Origin: Candidatus Harpocratesius repetitus
GTDB taxonomy: Archaea; Asgardarchaeota; Lokiarchaeia; Sigyniarchaeales; Promethearchaeaceae
Direction of reading: 5' to 3'
Length of the DNA: 32,000 nucleotides
Assembly (NCBI GenBank): GCA_021498095.1
Contig: JAIZWK010000001.1
Coordinates: 3,570,001 to 3,602,000 of the forward strand
Shown here piece by piece: positions 18,578-30,278 of this stretch. The notes beneath the pieces are model-generated. The model was not told the origin of the DNA and ran no database searches. It saw nothing but the letters and a program-made list of their open reading frames with translations. Within the stretch, counting starts at the first letter, position 1, and the number at the start of each line of letters is the position of its first letter. The position numbers were made by a program, and so were the translations under genes.

Positions 18578-20400
18578 GGGGGTTATCCGACAAAATTTCT
18601 TTTTTTTTTGAATCTTTAAAAACATGGATTCCTATTTTTATTTGAATTTATGAATAGATCGGCTTATTTTGGTGCCTACTTTACTGAAGATTACCAGGAA
18701 ATAATAATCAATGGATTTACTCGATTTAGGTAACCTATAAACGAGATATTTAGAGAATATCACATCGTTAAAAGGATTTATCAGAATTTGGAGCATATTT
18801 GGCAGCTGATATTTATTGCAATAGTTCAAAAATTATTTGCATTGAACCGTAAACAAATTTTAACAATTATCTTATCAAATTACGCACCTAAATTGCGATA
18901 ATATTTATTAAAATTCAATTCGACGCTCTATTGCAGGAGTTGGTCATCTCCTCGATTAAAAGATATTTTGGAAACCATGAAAAGCAAATTTGGTACATCA
19001 ATGGATAAATTTCTCGATTATTTTTATGAAACAATCGGTGAAAATGCTCGTAAAAATTATAAAACTGCTTCTAAAGAATTAAAAATAAAAATGACTCCTT
19101 CAATTGAGATATTCATCGGTATTATTCCACCTTCTAAAATTTTTCCATTCGTTGACGTCGAAAAACGGGCAGAAATAATGCCATATTTCAATGTTCGGAC
19201 TTATATGCACATATAACGAATATCAGGGATTACGGAATTGATTGGCGAAAAAAAAACAGTCAAAATGCAAAAAAACAATCTTATTTTCGAGCTTGCAGGA
19301 ATTTTGGGGTTCATTACGGGCCCACCGATGAGAGGTAAATTTTTTACTAATAATAGATAGAGAGAAGAATATATTGATAATTTTGATTATCTAATAGATT
19401 TAAAACTTATTTCAGAGGAAATTCATGAATTTAATGCGATTTCTATGGAAGTACTAGTATTTCACAAGATAAAAGAGACAAATCAGCATCGAATGGGCAC
19501 GGATCTCGTAGAAAATTTTTTGGTCAAAAATATTCAATCAGAAGTAGTTCCAATTGCATTCTGATAGTCGGAATTACCAGAGTAGGGAATACTGTAGACG
19601 CCGCTCTTTTTAATGATACGATAGAATTCATCCAAAATTTGGCGTTATTAACTGGACGAAATATCTGGACGATAAGAGCCGATGCCGGCTACAGTTCTAC
19701 TTACATCATCGAAGATATAAAAGCAGCAGATTCGATACCATTCATAGACATAAATACCAGACAATCCAAACTTCTTAAAAAATTGAAAAATGCAGGTGTA
19801 AAACTCCAAAAATTATCAAAAAAGGCGATTAAAAAAGGTTTAAGTTCTGAAGAACGGAAAGCATGGATAAAAGATACAAAACAATATTCTATTAATGCTG
19901 GAAAATTCATTTCGTATGACTAAAAAAAAAGTCATTTTGAAAATTCTTTCAAAATGCGAATTAAGAGCACAACGCCGTGGATTGAGCAAAATGAAGCAGA
20001 TAAAAGAGAAGAAAATAAGAAAAAAGCTCATGAACATACGTCGAGAAATTAGAAAAAAAGGCTTATATACTGACAAAATAATTGGGTTGACAGAGATTCC
20101 TTATGCGACAATTAAGTGGTTTTTAATTTATCATATCCGTGGACAGAACGAGAGTATAAACGGAATTAAGAAAAAACGTGGAAACCTGATTGGCGATGGT
20201 CAAAAAACAACTTGGAATCCTTCATTGATTAGAGTCAATAGCCGTATTCGGGCGAATATTGCATTTTATAAGGTAGCTGCACGGGTGAAACTTATGATGA
20301 CTGGTGAAAAGGTGCGCTACTTATGTCGAATTTACAATTGGAATTTAGTGCATTGTATTTTTACTATTTTTTAATCAGATGTTTTTGTCGGATTGTCCCC
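18578..20400 (+). mobile_element. IS5/IS1182-like insertion sequence, about 1.82 kb
   Basis: Left end GGGGGTTATCCGACAAAA (18578); right end reads GGGGACAATCCGACAAAA inward from 20400. No convincing target duplication. Confidence 0.88.
18650..20374 (+). pseudogene. DDE transposase (IS4 clan), many stops and frameshifts
   Basis: ATG at 18650 is in frame with ORF 18968; later STSISQDKRDKSA..GHGSRRKFFGQK, IRADAGYSS and a complete Y-2-R-3-E-6-K motif (YHIRGQNESINGIKK). Confidence 0.85.
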
Positions 20401-20401
20401 C

Positions 20402-21153
20402 AAAATATCCTTTAAATGACACATCTTATAGTTCCAAACGCTCTTGTACTTCATCAAAATACCCAAAATCGTTAAGCTCAAAAAGGTTCTCGAATGCACC
20501 TTGATATTTTGGAAGATAGTGAAGCATATCCCATTCTATCCTAGAAATATGATTTAGTGCAAAATCTTCAAATTGGGTCATCTTAACACGTGGAAAGCGA
20601 TAAAGACATCTTCCCTCAAGATCAAGTATCCACTGAATATAATCCTTTATTCTTTTTTGAGATTTCTGAATTGTCACCGTGATTTGGGTCGGTTTATTTT
20701 TCTTTATACGTATCCATGCAAACCTTTTTCTAGTGATTCTATAGTCCAAAGGCTTGGACATATCAAAAATTTCTATTGTCCGTGCAGAAATAAAATCAAG
20801 AATCAGTGTTTGCAAGATATTTGGTTTTTTCTTATATCGAATAATAATCAATTGGCATCATTTAAAAGATTGATAATTAATACTTATATAATAAAACCGT
20901 AAATACTTTTCCAACAATCTTACTCGAGAATAACCAAATAAAGGATAAAAATACTAATAAATAAAATGTTATCTCACTGAGATTGCACATATAAATTCGT
21001 AATGTCGAGGATTCTGCAAAAATAATAAACATTATATACATGGAATTAAAATTCCGACATAAAACGAGATTCTATGCAAGTAGGAGGAACAGGGCAAAAT
21101 TTTACGTGAATTAAAAAAAATAAAAGAGAGAAAAATAAAAATTAGCTCAATTA
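20402..21153 (-). mobile_element. Truncated relative of IS 3257-5115 (leader plus transposase N-terminus, ORF 20426-20851)
   Basis: MIIIRYKKKPNILQ aligns with MLIIEYKGKPKIVQ, and FEDFALNHISRIEWDMLHYLPKYQGAFENLFELNDFGYFDEVQERLE with FDDFAVNQISEQE*DLIQMIPKFTGFFNHIFEFNDLSYFDDLQDRLE. Degenerate terminal repeat near 21120-21153 ending CTCAATTA at a similar distance from the ATG. Confidence 0.8.
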
Positions 21154-21252
21154 ATTATTCTTTTATTCATAAGCATATTCCACTCACTATAAGACCAAAT
21201 AAATGTAAGATAAGATATAATTATAAATTTAAAATAGATAAAGTGAAGAAAT

Positions 21253-22731
21253 ATGATTCTAATCTTAAGCATCTCTATTTTATTTATAGTTTTTTTATTT
21301 GCATTTATAGAATTATTAAGAAAAAAAGAAGTTAATGCTATATTTATCCTTTTTGGAATAATAGTATTTCAGATAATTATTAATTATTATTTATATTTTT
21401 CACTTATCTTTAATAACGAATTATATGGAGATATAAAATCCATATATGATATATTTTTATCAAAATATGAAATTTATCCTTTTGCAGTTGGTTTTTCTTA
21501 TATTATTTTATCTTTCTCACTTCTTTTTAATCTGCCAGTATATAATTCACTACTTATAATTGGACTTTTTTTAATACCAATTATTTTAATTTTTAGCTAT
21601 TATTATTTTTCAAAAATTTTTTTCAATAATTATTTATCAATTTACTCTGCTATATTATTTTATTATACAGATATAATTTTTGTAGGTGTTTTTACTAGCT
21701 TTAAAGATCCATTTGGTCTATCTTTTTTTATATTATGTATTAGTTTATTAATGAATAATAATTTAAACAAAACTAAGATTAAAATCTTTTATTTAATTTC
21801 ATATTTTTCTTTAATAATCATGCATTTTTTGTCATTTGTAATTGGATCTTTAATTATTTTTACTATTTTTGCAAATGAAATTAGTAATCTACAAGTAAAA
21901 AAAAAACATCATATCTTGTTTTTGTTTAGCTTGTTAATTATACCTTTTTCATTTCTTTTATTAGGAAAAACTTGTCAAGCAATTAATACTCAAATGATTT
22001 ACTATTATAGCATTTTAATCAGAACAATCTTTTCTGATCACTCCAATATTTTTTCAAATTTTGTTAATAATAATTCACAGCAAGTTTTCACATTAATCAC
22101 ATCAAAACCATTTATTCTTGGATTAGTTTTTGCAGTTTTTTATCTAATTTTCACATTAATAGTTGTAGTATTAATATTAGCAATAAAAAAGATAAACTCA
22201 TTTCTTAAAAAATATATTAATTCTAATAATTCGACAATATTCGTGATTTCAACATTTGGTTCTTTTGGATTATTAATATTTTTCTCTATAGTTAATATAT
22301 CATATATCAATCTACATTACAAGAATCTTTTTGTGTATACAATTGTTCATATTCCTCATATCATATTCTATTCTAGCTCGCTTTTTTATATTCTCAAATT
22401 ATTTATTCACATAAAAGAAGAGGATTTACAAAATAAGAATAAAATTGCAATTTTTGCAATCTCAAGTCTTGAATTACAGTTATGTGCTTTCTTTGTTTTA
22501 ATAATTTTAAACATTTTTCCAGAATATAAAGCAATGGGGAATATTGAAAGAAGATTTCTTGATTTCTTACCAGTTTTCAATACAATTTTTTTAATATCAA
22601 TTGTTGAAAAGAAAACAAATATAAAACCTTTTTATTTTTATATTATTTTATTTATTTTAATAATATTGAACATATTATTAATTTCCAGAGACTCTTTGAT
22701 TTTTAATAAAAATATTGACAATTTTTGGTGA
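21253..22731 (+). CDS. Polytopic membrane protein, GT-C/Wzy-like (putative glycan polymerase or lipid-donor transferase)
   Basis: 492 aa with many hydrophobic segments; polar islands LYGD, SFKDPFG, IMHFLS and ERRFLDF recall GT-C-fold proteins; glycan-locus context. Family not firmly assignable by eye. Confidence 0.6.
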   Translation: MILILSISILFIVFLFAFIELLRKKEVNAIFILFGIIVFQIIINYYLYFSLIFNNELYGDIKSIYDIFLSKYEIYPFAVGFSYIILSFSLLFNLPVYNSLLIIGLFLIPIILIFSYYYFSKIFFNNYLSIYSAILFYYTDIIFVGVFTSFKDPFGLSFFILCISLLMNNNLNKTKIKIFYLISYFSLIIMHFLSFVIGSLIIFTIFANEISNLQVKKKHHILFLFSLLIIPFSFLLLGKTCQAINTQMIYYYSILIRTIFSDHSNIFSNFVNNNSQQVFTLITSKPFILGLVFAVFYLIFTLIVVVLILAIKKINSFLKKYINSNNSTIFVISTFGSFGLLIFFSIVNISYINLHYKNLFVYTIVHIPHIIFYSSSLFYILKLFIHIKEEDLQNKNKIAIFAISSLELQLCAFFVLIILNIFPEYKAMGNIERRFLDFLPVFNTIFLISIVEKKTNIKPFYFYIILFILIILNILLISRDSLIFNKNIDNFW

Positions 22732-22789
22732 AATAAGTATCTTTAATAGTTTTTTTTTTCTTCCTGTCTTTAATTGTAAAAACCATACA

Positions 22790-23300
22790 TTTTCCATGAT
22801 ATTACTTTTTATTGTCTTAAGATTATGCTTGAAGTGCGTAATTGGTAAACAGATAGAGTTGTTTTCCATTTTTTCCATTTCAATCGTAATTGTTGCTTTC
22901 GGTAATACTGCCAGCAGTTAAATATATAGGCGAATAGGTAAAGCTGAGCCAATTAGGTTGTTGGTTTATGATTTCAATATGATCAATGAATTTTATTTAG
23001 CATTCTAAAACTGGTTTCTTCAAACCATCTTTTTTAAGTCTTTCTGAAAGCCATTGACTCCATTGTGTTATATTTTTATGAAGTGTGAATGTTATATGAT
23101 GAATTTCTCGATCTTTCCAATATTCAAAAATACCCCCAAGTCGCCAAAATTTCGGGATTTTTTCAATAACCCAATCAGTTTAGCAATCATCAAAACATTC
23201 TTTAACCGAATTCCCTCTATTTCCTTGATAATGAGCCCGTTCATTTACACAATAACCAATTTCTTGAACATATTGGGACTATAATTATGAAGGCCCACAG
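22790..23300 (-). pseudogene. IS4/ISH3-like transposase C-terminal remnant
   Basis: Manual translation gives FTLHKNITQWSQWLSE / KRWFEETSFRML (RWxxExxFR motif) and LYLFAYIFNCWQYYRK; several stops; boundaries approximate. Confidence 0.55.
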
Positions 23301-23599
23301 GCTTTTTTTTCGGTGGATTTATGGTAGGCAAGCGTGGCTTCGATCCTATTTTTAAAATTTGTTTTTTTACAGGAAAGAAAAACTCATCTGTGGGATACCA
23401 GACTACTATTTTAAGCATTACCAATCAAATGGATATAGTCGATTATGCCCAAACACTTGCTAACCATGTTGATAGTAGGATTCCCTTATTTACTCTGGTA
23501 AATAGAAGATCATAGTATGAAGATGATTAATCTAAAAATTAATAAAGAAGAAATATTCATATTTTTCAACGGTCTTTTAAATATACTTAATTAACTTGA

Positions 23600-24310
23600 G
23601 TTTTTCACCTTAAAAAAATTTTTTCCAAAAAAGCCAGAAATCAAAGGATACTATCGACAAAATCTCTTTTGAGCAAAAAAAGAAGAATTAAATACTTCTA
23701 CGGATTTCTGTTTATAAGCATGAAAATCTTGGAAAACTAACCGTTAGCAAATCGTTTTCTTGTATTATATATTGATAATGGGGAATCTGAGCCAATAAGA
23801 CAACAAAATCAGGTCGAACAATTGATTTCTGGGACAATATTAATTGAAAAACCTTCACTACACAATATTCATAAAAAATTAATCACAGAAAATAGTCAGA
23901 AAGATCTGCTTTTACAGATGAAAAAAACAAGTATGATTGCGATTGATGAGCATATTATTCAGCACTCTAGTAACGATATTGAAGGAGTTGACTATTTCTA
24001 TTCAACTACAAAAAATGGTAAAAAATTAGTCATGTCACTTATTATGGGGCATTATTATCATAAAAATATTAAATAATGTTTCAGGGTTATCGTCGAAAAC
24101 AAGAGCTTAAAAAGAGAAATTTAAAAGATAAATATCAAGAAAAGAATAAGATTACAAGAAATATGATTGAACAGCTTTCACAGATGACAAATTGTCCTGA
24201 TTTATTTCTAATTGACAGCTATTTCATGATAAAAGAAAATGTAAAATTACTATAAAGGATAGAAAAGAGCCAAAAATGGATTTGTCTCATTGGTTTGAAT
24301 CGATACCATA
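23600..24310 (+). pseudogene. IS701-like transposase remnant (includes ORF 23822-24076)
   Basis: IAIDEHIIQHSSNDIEGVDYFYST (first Asp region) and KNKITRNMIEQL...LFLIDSYF (second Asp region); broken by stops and frameshifts. Confidence 0.6.
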
Positions 24311-24424
24311 TTCTATATTATTAAATAAAAACTTGCTAGAAATTTAGAATTTCTGATCTTACCTAATAAGGATTTTTTATTTAAGAATATTTTATCTTTG
24401 AGGTAAAAAGTATTATGATTTTTT

Positions 24425-25025
24425 TATAAACTACAAAAGTGATCTATATGTTATAAAAGTTCAAAACTAGTGCTTTTTTTATTATATATATCAATTACTG
24501 CATATACCCAAAGTTATACCATAAGATATCCATCATATTACCACAAATTATGCCTACTCTGTCAAAATAAAGTAGAAACTTCATATACTGAACGAAAACG
24601 AATCGTAATTGATTTTTTAGGAAGTTTTAAGGAAACTCGATATTACTATCACTGTACAGACAAAGATTGCCCAAATTCTTCGATGTCATTCAACCATATG
24701 CCAAATATTACATTATCCGAAAAGAGATGTTCGAATATGATGTAGAAATGGATTGGGAGAGAAGTAAAAGAATATTACTCTAATGTAATTTAAATACATA
24801 AAAGAATTCAAAAAAAAATCGGCTTAGAGATATCAGAAAATACGATCCAGAATATTATCGATGAAATTGATTGCTATTTAGAAGGAAAAGTCGATTATAC
24901 CATCAAAAAACGAGTAAAAAATCAAGGGAAAATAGTTTTAAGTTGGGATGGTCAAAAACCAGAAAATTATGCTAAAGTATTATGGATATTTGTTGAATTA
25001 ATTAGTGTTAAAGTATTAAATAAGA
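24425..25025 (+). mobile_element. 5' fragment of a second ISNCY/IS256-like element related to 15054-16812
   Basis: Left-end motif AAAAGTGATCTA-N8-AAAAGTTCAAAACTAG shared; protein CLLC...YHCTDKDC, KWIGREVK, GLEISENTIQNIIDEIDCYL and LSWDGQKPE...LWIFVELIS align with the other copy. Confidence 0.8.
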
Positions 25026-25314
25026 ATGTAATTTTTGAATTCAGAAAAAATCTTTAGTTGGATACCCTTTCAAGATTTTTAAGACAATAGATTGAGATAT
25101 TTCCTAAAACTAAAATTGCAGACTCATCTACATAAAACCCATTGATCAGGCGATAATTCCAAATGGTATCGACTACAATTATAGTGATAGTAGGATCTTT
25201 ATCAATTATGCTTATCATTATATAATTGCACTATAATAAGGATTGTAATAACAGAAATATAGATTAGGCGTATTATGAAAGTTTTAATAATTATGAATAG
25301 AAGAATTAAATTAA

Positions 25315-26205
25315 ATGAAAAAAAAAAAACCGTATTTGTCAGTTATATTTTTAACTTATTTCTCACCATTAAATTATATCAAAAAAAATATTATTTTATT
25401 GGGTTGTAAGGATGTAGAATATATTTTTATAGACAATTCAAATAATAAATCTTATTCAAATAAATTGAAAAAAATGTTAAATCACTTTATCATAAATTGT
25501 GATTTTAATTACAAAATAATATTTTCAGAAAATAATGGAGGCTACTCAAAAGGAAATAATTTAGGTGTCCGTCTTTCATCTGGTGAATATATTCTAATTT
25601 TAAATCCTGATATCGAATTAGAAAAGGATTTTTACTCTAAATTCTGCTTGTATCGCAATATATATAATTGGGATATAATTACGCCATTAATATTAGAAAA
25701 TAAATATAATAAAAAAATGATATTGGGTATAAGCTATATTATTGGCTATTCTCTTTTTAATTTCATTTATAAAATTCGAAGAAAACTTCATAAAAAGTTA
25801 TATTATAACCAATTTATTTCTGGAAGTTGCTTTTTGATTAAAAAAGATGTTTTCTTAGAATTAGGAGGATTTGATATAACATATTTTATGTATTTAGAAG
25901 ATTTAGATTTTAGCTTACGAGCAATAAAAAGGAAAAAAAAGATTCTTTTTTCAAAGGATTTCGTTGTATATCACCATCATGAAAAGTTTTCAACCCTTTC
26001 TAGGATTCAAACTGCAAAAAATATTCCATTACTTATTCGAAAAAATTTCAATAGACAATATAATTTACAGAACTTTCTATCGATTTTTAGAGTATTTTGC
26101 ATGTTATTTGATTCTTCAAATCAATATAAAATAAGATATAGAGAAATTATACCTCTATTTCGCACTTTTTTTGCTCATTATCTTTTCTATTTAACAAAAC
26201 GATAG
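25315..26205 (+). CDS. Glycosyltransferase family 2, WbbL/rhamnosyltransferase-like
   Basis: IDNS, ENNGGYSKGNNLG, YILILNPD, ISGSCFLI, LGGFDITYFMYLEDLDFSLR, VYHH. Confidence 0.9.
   Translation: MKKKKPYLSVIFLTYFSPLNYIKKNIILLGCKDVEYIFIDNSNNKSYSNKLKKMLNHFIINCDFNYKIIFSENNGGYSKGNNLGVRLSSGEYILILNPDIELEKDFYSKFCLYRNIYNWDIITPLILENKYNKKMILGISYIIGYSLFNFIYKIRRKLHKKLYYNQFISGSCFLIKKDVFLELGGFDITYFMYLEDLDFSLRAIKRKKKILFSKDFVVYHHHEKFSTLSRIQTAKNIPLLIRKNFNRQYNLQNFLSIFRVFCMLFDSSNQYKIRYREIIPLFRTFFAHYLFYLTKR
25318..25329 (+). repeat. A12 homopolymer directly after the GT2 start codon
   Basis: ATG followed by 12 A (four Lys codons); currently in frame. Confidence 0.9.
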
Positions 26206-26324
26206 ATTCAGATTGGTAAATTAACAAGTGTTTAATTTTAATTATTTTTTCTAAATTCTTTTTTGCTAACAGTCTTTAAGGTTATTTTTTTAATTCATAA
26301 AGCATAATCCCCTTTTTTTTTGTA

Positions 26325-27758
26325 GAGTTCTCAATGAAATAACTTTTTTTACATTTTCCTCATCCACCATCACATTTTGATAAAATTGGATTACGTTATA
26401 TATTAATAGTCAGAGTAAATTCACCCACAAGCCAATCGCGATATTCTTGGAACGTCATTTGATGATTTGGGCAGATTTGATCTCGTTCAATTTACCAGAA
26501 GTTAAAGAGCAAATATTTACCCATTTCAGCAAAAAGCCGCGTTTATCTTCGTTTGACCGCCAAAATCCTTTGTAGATATCCACATCACGAAACGCGGTCT
26601 CATTTTGTCATCTCATTTTATAATATCGCTTAATTAGGTACATGAAAGACTTTGAGCGATATTGTGGTACAATAGTCGTAATTAACCCATATAGTTGTTC
26701 ACATGTTTTATTTAAACTTAATCGTCCTTGTCGATAGGCGTATTTCAAATCATTTAGATTCTGTTTTCCTCGAGGAAATAAATGAACCCAGCAACGAGTT
26801 AATTTTCGCTTTTGGTTCTTCTTATTCTTAGTTCCTATTGTGAAAGTTTGAATTCTCTCTTTATTTCTCAAAATATATTTTCTTTTTGCTTTTTTAAGTT
26901 GTTTGTAGTTTTTTGCAGGTGTAATTACTGGAATTCCCCGATTTTTGAATGATCTTAAAATATTTTGACGACAATATTCACGATCAATTACACAAACTTT
27001 GATTTCTAGTCCCAAATTTAATAACCAATCAGCAGTATCAAGCATATATGGAATTTTAGATTCTCCTTTAGCTACATGATGACATCCTATAAAAAGAGAT
27101 TTATGCAGTCCATGAATCATCGCCCCATGATAATGACGGATTCTTCTGGTTCCTTTTCCATCTTGCTGCCTTTAATCTTTGAATCTCTGCGTTTTCCCTA
27201 ATAACCGAGATAAGTTAAATCAAATTCTAATATTACAGGATAAGTTTTTCGATCTTTAAGAAAAACAAGCCGAATCATTTTTTCAAACCCGATTCGATAT
27301 ACATTCTCAACATTGAGAAGAGTCTGAGTGCGTAACTAATCATTCACAGTAGCTTAATGGGGAAAAGCGCGTGAAAATCTACTATCAGCATATTCTTAAG
27401 GGGTGAAATCCAGAAATTTTTGGACCCAGCGGTTCAATTTCTCACAAGCATGATGAATTTAGCCCCTCGAATCCAACAATAACATAATATTGCCAAAATA
27501 TCATTTAAATACCATTTCTTGCTTTGTCGGGTACTAGATAGATTATATGCTTTTCTAACAGATTTCACAAGGTTTGTCAAAAATGAAATCTTATTAAATT
27601 TTGGATAATATGCACCGAACCAGGAAATTCAACGCATAGCTTGGGATATTTGTTCCACATTATTTCTCAAGCATCCATTTTATTTATTCTCGTTGATACA
27701 ATTAATAGACATTGCTGTTAGTTTAGAAGTTTTTTTTTTATCGAATTTTTGAGTACTA
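26325..27758 (-). mobile_element. ISH3-like (IS4 clan) element with a pseudogenised transposase (about 26400-27660)
   Basis: ILEFDLTYLGY*G, KGTRRIRHYHG, VIDREY and YYKMR*QNETAFR (TGA at the conserved Trp). Ends are tentative: GAGTTCTCAA (26325-26334) versus the reverse complement TAGTACTCAA (27749-27758), with flanks TTGTA and TTTTA. Confidence 0.75.
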
Positions 27759-28526
27759 TTTTATGATCTCGCATAGATCAGAGTCACCTGAAATCCATTG
27801 TAAAACGGAATATTTGATCCTATTTTAGAAAAAAGATTTAAGCTTGTCAAAAACAAGAATGGCGAAGTATTTGAATCATTAGTGAAAGATTGAGATTATT
27901 TAACTGATTAGAAATTAACTTGGGTTATTATTCTTTAATTCGAGGAATTTTTAAAAGATCACAAAAAAAATCGAAAAGCTTATTTGAGTCTAAAATAATA
28001 TTTGATAAGGATGGTGTTCCTACAAGAGTAATTTTGGTGTGTTTAGCTAATTAACCGAATTCACCATCTTTTTTGAAATTATCATCTTAGTTAAGTATAA
28101 AACAGGAATATATGATAAACACCTCGTTGTAATAAAAAATTTGAAGATTTTCCCCAGCAAGAGGTATACCATTTAACTAATTTTTACACGAAGATTGCCG
28201 AAATTAGCAGCATCTGACGAAAATTAAGTCAGAAAACTTAAGAAAAAACAGAATTGATCTCAAATTAATACTATCAGTTATATATCTTCTACCTCTTTAT
28301 TATCATAGATTTGGCTTACTAAATACAATTTTTTAAATATTTGGATAAAAATTTCGTCTATCTTCACTTCTTTATAATTAGGTTTAAGTGAGGGGTGAAA
28401 ACTGGGAATTCAAGCAGAAATTAGATTGAGAAGAACCATATTAATTTTGATAATCTAAAAATATGATTTACATTTTAATTTTATTTGTAAAACAAACATT
28501 CCAAAAACAAAAATTCGTTTTTAAAT

Positions 28527-29391
28527 TTAAGTTTCTATTAGTTTGGAAAGATATCGCACATATTCGGTTTTATAATATTTATTTATTTGAGTCGTTAATT
28601 GTGATTTATCAATGAATTTTCTAATAAAAGCAATTTCTTCAATACATGAAATATACAATCATGTTCGCTTCTGAATCGTTCGAACAAAATCTGTCGCATT
28701 AGCCAAACCCTCGTATGAGCCTGTGTCAAGCCAAGCAAATCCGCGCCCCAATAACTGCACTTTCAACTCACCACGCTTGAAGTATAGTCGATTCAAATCG
28801 GTAATCTCAATTTCCCCGCGCGCTGATGGTTTCAACGATTTGGCGAACTCTACGACTTTTTCATCATAAAAATACAAAACAGGAATGGCATAATTTGATT
28901 TAGGATGTTTAGGTTTCTCTTCTATTGAAATAACATTATAATTTTCATCAAATTCCACCACTCCGAATTCTTCTGGATTGTTCACATAATAACCAAAAAT
29001 AGTGGCTCCACGCTCCAAATTCTGTGCTTTCATCAAAACATCACTAAGTCCACGGCTATAGAACACGTTATCACCCAAAATTAAGGCGACTTTATCACCA
29101 GCTATAAAATCTTCTCCAACTATAAAAGCGTCTGTCAGACCTCGAGGTTCAGTTTAAACTTATAAGAAAGTTTAAGGCCAATTTGGGAGCCATCTCCAAG
29201 TAATTCTTGATAAAAAGGCAGATTACGGGGATCAGAAATTATTAAAATTTCTCGAATATTTGCAAGCATCAACACTGATAGAGGATAATAGATCATGGGT
29301 TTATCATAAATTGGAAGGAGTTGTTTGCTTACAACTTGGGTAATTGGATAAAGTCGTGTGCCCTTTTCACCGGCTAATATAATCCTTTCAT
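28527..29391 (-). pseudogene. rfbA: Glucose-1-phosphate thymidylyltransferase (RmlA), inactivated
   Basis: [56 protein letters not shown] at 29391; frameshifts near 29382, 29160 and 28575; premature TGA at 28659-28661. Confidence 0.93.
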
Positions 29392-29511
29392 ATTTATTTC
29401 TTTTCCATAATTCTATAAGAATGTTTGGACAAGATAAAAATAACAAATCAAAAATGACAATCAAAAAGAAAATTCAGATAAATAATCCAAATTTTCAGAA
29501 TAATTAAAATA

Positions 29512-30278
29512 TTAAGTTCTGGTTTTATTTAAAAACTGAAATGCTTCAGAAACAGACCGAAAATTGGGACCCCAAACATTCTGAATTTTTCAGTAGTAAG
29601 CGATGAATTTAATGGTCGCTATGCTTTTTGTTTAAGGAAAGTAATTCTTTCGACTTTTTCTACATTTGGAAGTAAATCTAATTTCATTTCAGTAAAAATT
29701 TTTTGGACAAAGGCTAAACGGGTTATTGCTTCAAGACCTGCTGTATGAAAAATCTCCGAATTTTTAAAATCTCGCATCCAATAAATGCATTCTGCCAAAT
29801 CATCAATTAATATGGGAGTGGTTATTTGACCGTCGATAATTGAAAGTATTTTTCTCTCGGATAATGAGTTATTATATGCCCATGAAAAAAAATTGTCTCT
29901 TTGTCCTGCATCTGGCCATCCATATAGTACGCTAGTACGACAAATACATGCCCGAACGCCTTCATCCAAAATAAACTGTTCTCCTTGTAATTTTGGTAAT
30001 TTTATTTTCCCATATATAGAAAGCGGATTTGGAGTATCAGTTTTGGAATAATTTCCCCGCGAACCATCGAAAATAAAATCTGTGGAGATATAAATTAATT
30101 TTCCATCGTTTTGTTTCACCGCATGAGCAACATTTTTTAGTCCAAACGCATTTATTAAATTGGCTCTATCAGGATAATCTTCACATGCATCCACGTTAGT
30201 TATAGCTGCAGTCAAAATGACCAGATCTGGCTTATAATCTTGAATAACCTTGAAAACATCATCTTGTTTTGTGATATC
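29512..30278 (-). pseudogene. rfbD: dTDP-4-dehydrorhamnose reductase (RmlD), N-terminus deleted
   Basis: DITKQDD..KPDLVILTAAITNVDACE, YISTDFIFDG, PNPLSIYG, RTSVLYG. GxxGxxG start missing; premature TAG at 29619-29621 before RPLNSSL; 9-bp in-frame duplication near 29987-30003. Confidence 0.9.

Noticed and set aside
12636-20400. A composite transposon bounded by the MITE and the related IS carrying sulfotransferase and flippase.
   Set aside because: Geometrically possible, since both outer ends are right-end type and face inward, but there is no shared target duplication and the two right ends are clearly diverged, so it is unsupported.
25030-25220. Minus-strand stretch IDKDPTITIIVVDTIWNYRLINGFYVDESA, and plus-strand fragments at about 27820-28050, as further transposase remnants.
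   Set aside because: Plausible but too short and motif-poor to call without a search.
4491-26610. Several premature stops fall where Trp is expected (4491 TAG, 16250 TGA, 26608 TGA, probably 12259 TAG), raising the idea of stop-codon reassignment or readthrough.
   Set aside because: The stops are a mix of TAG, TGA and TAA, occur with frameshifts only in dead genes, and intact genes end normally on TGA or TAA. G-to-A decay of TGG explains them.
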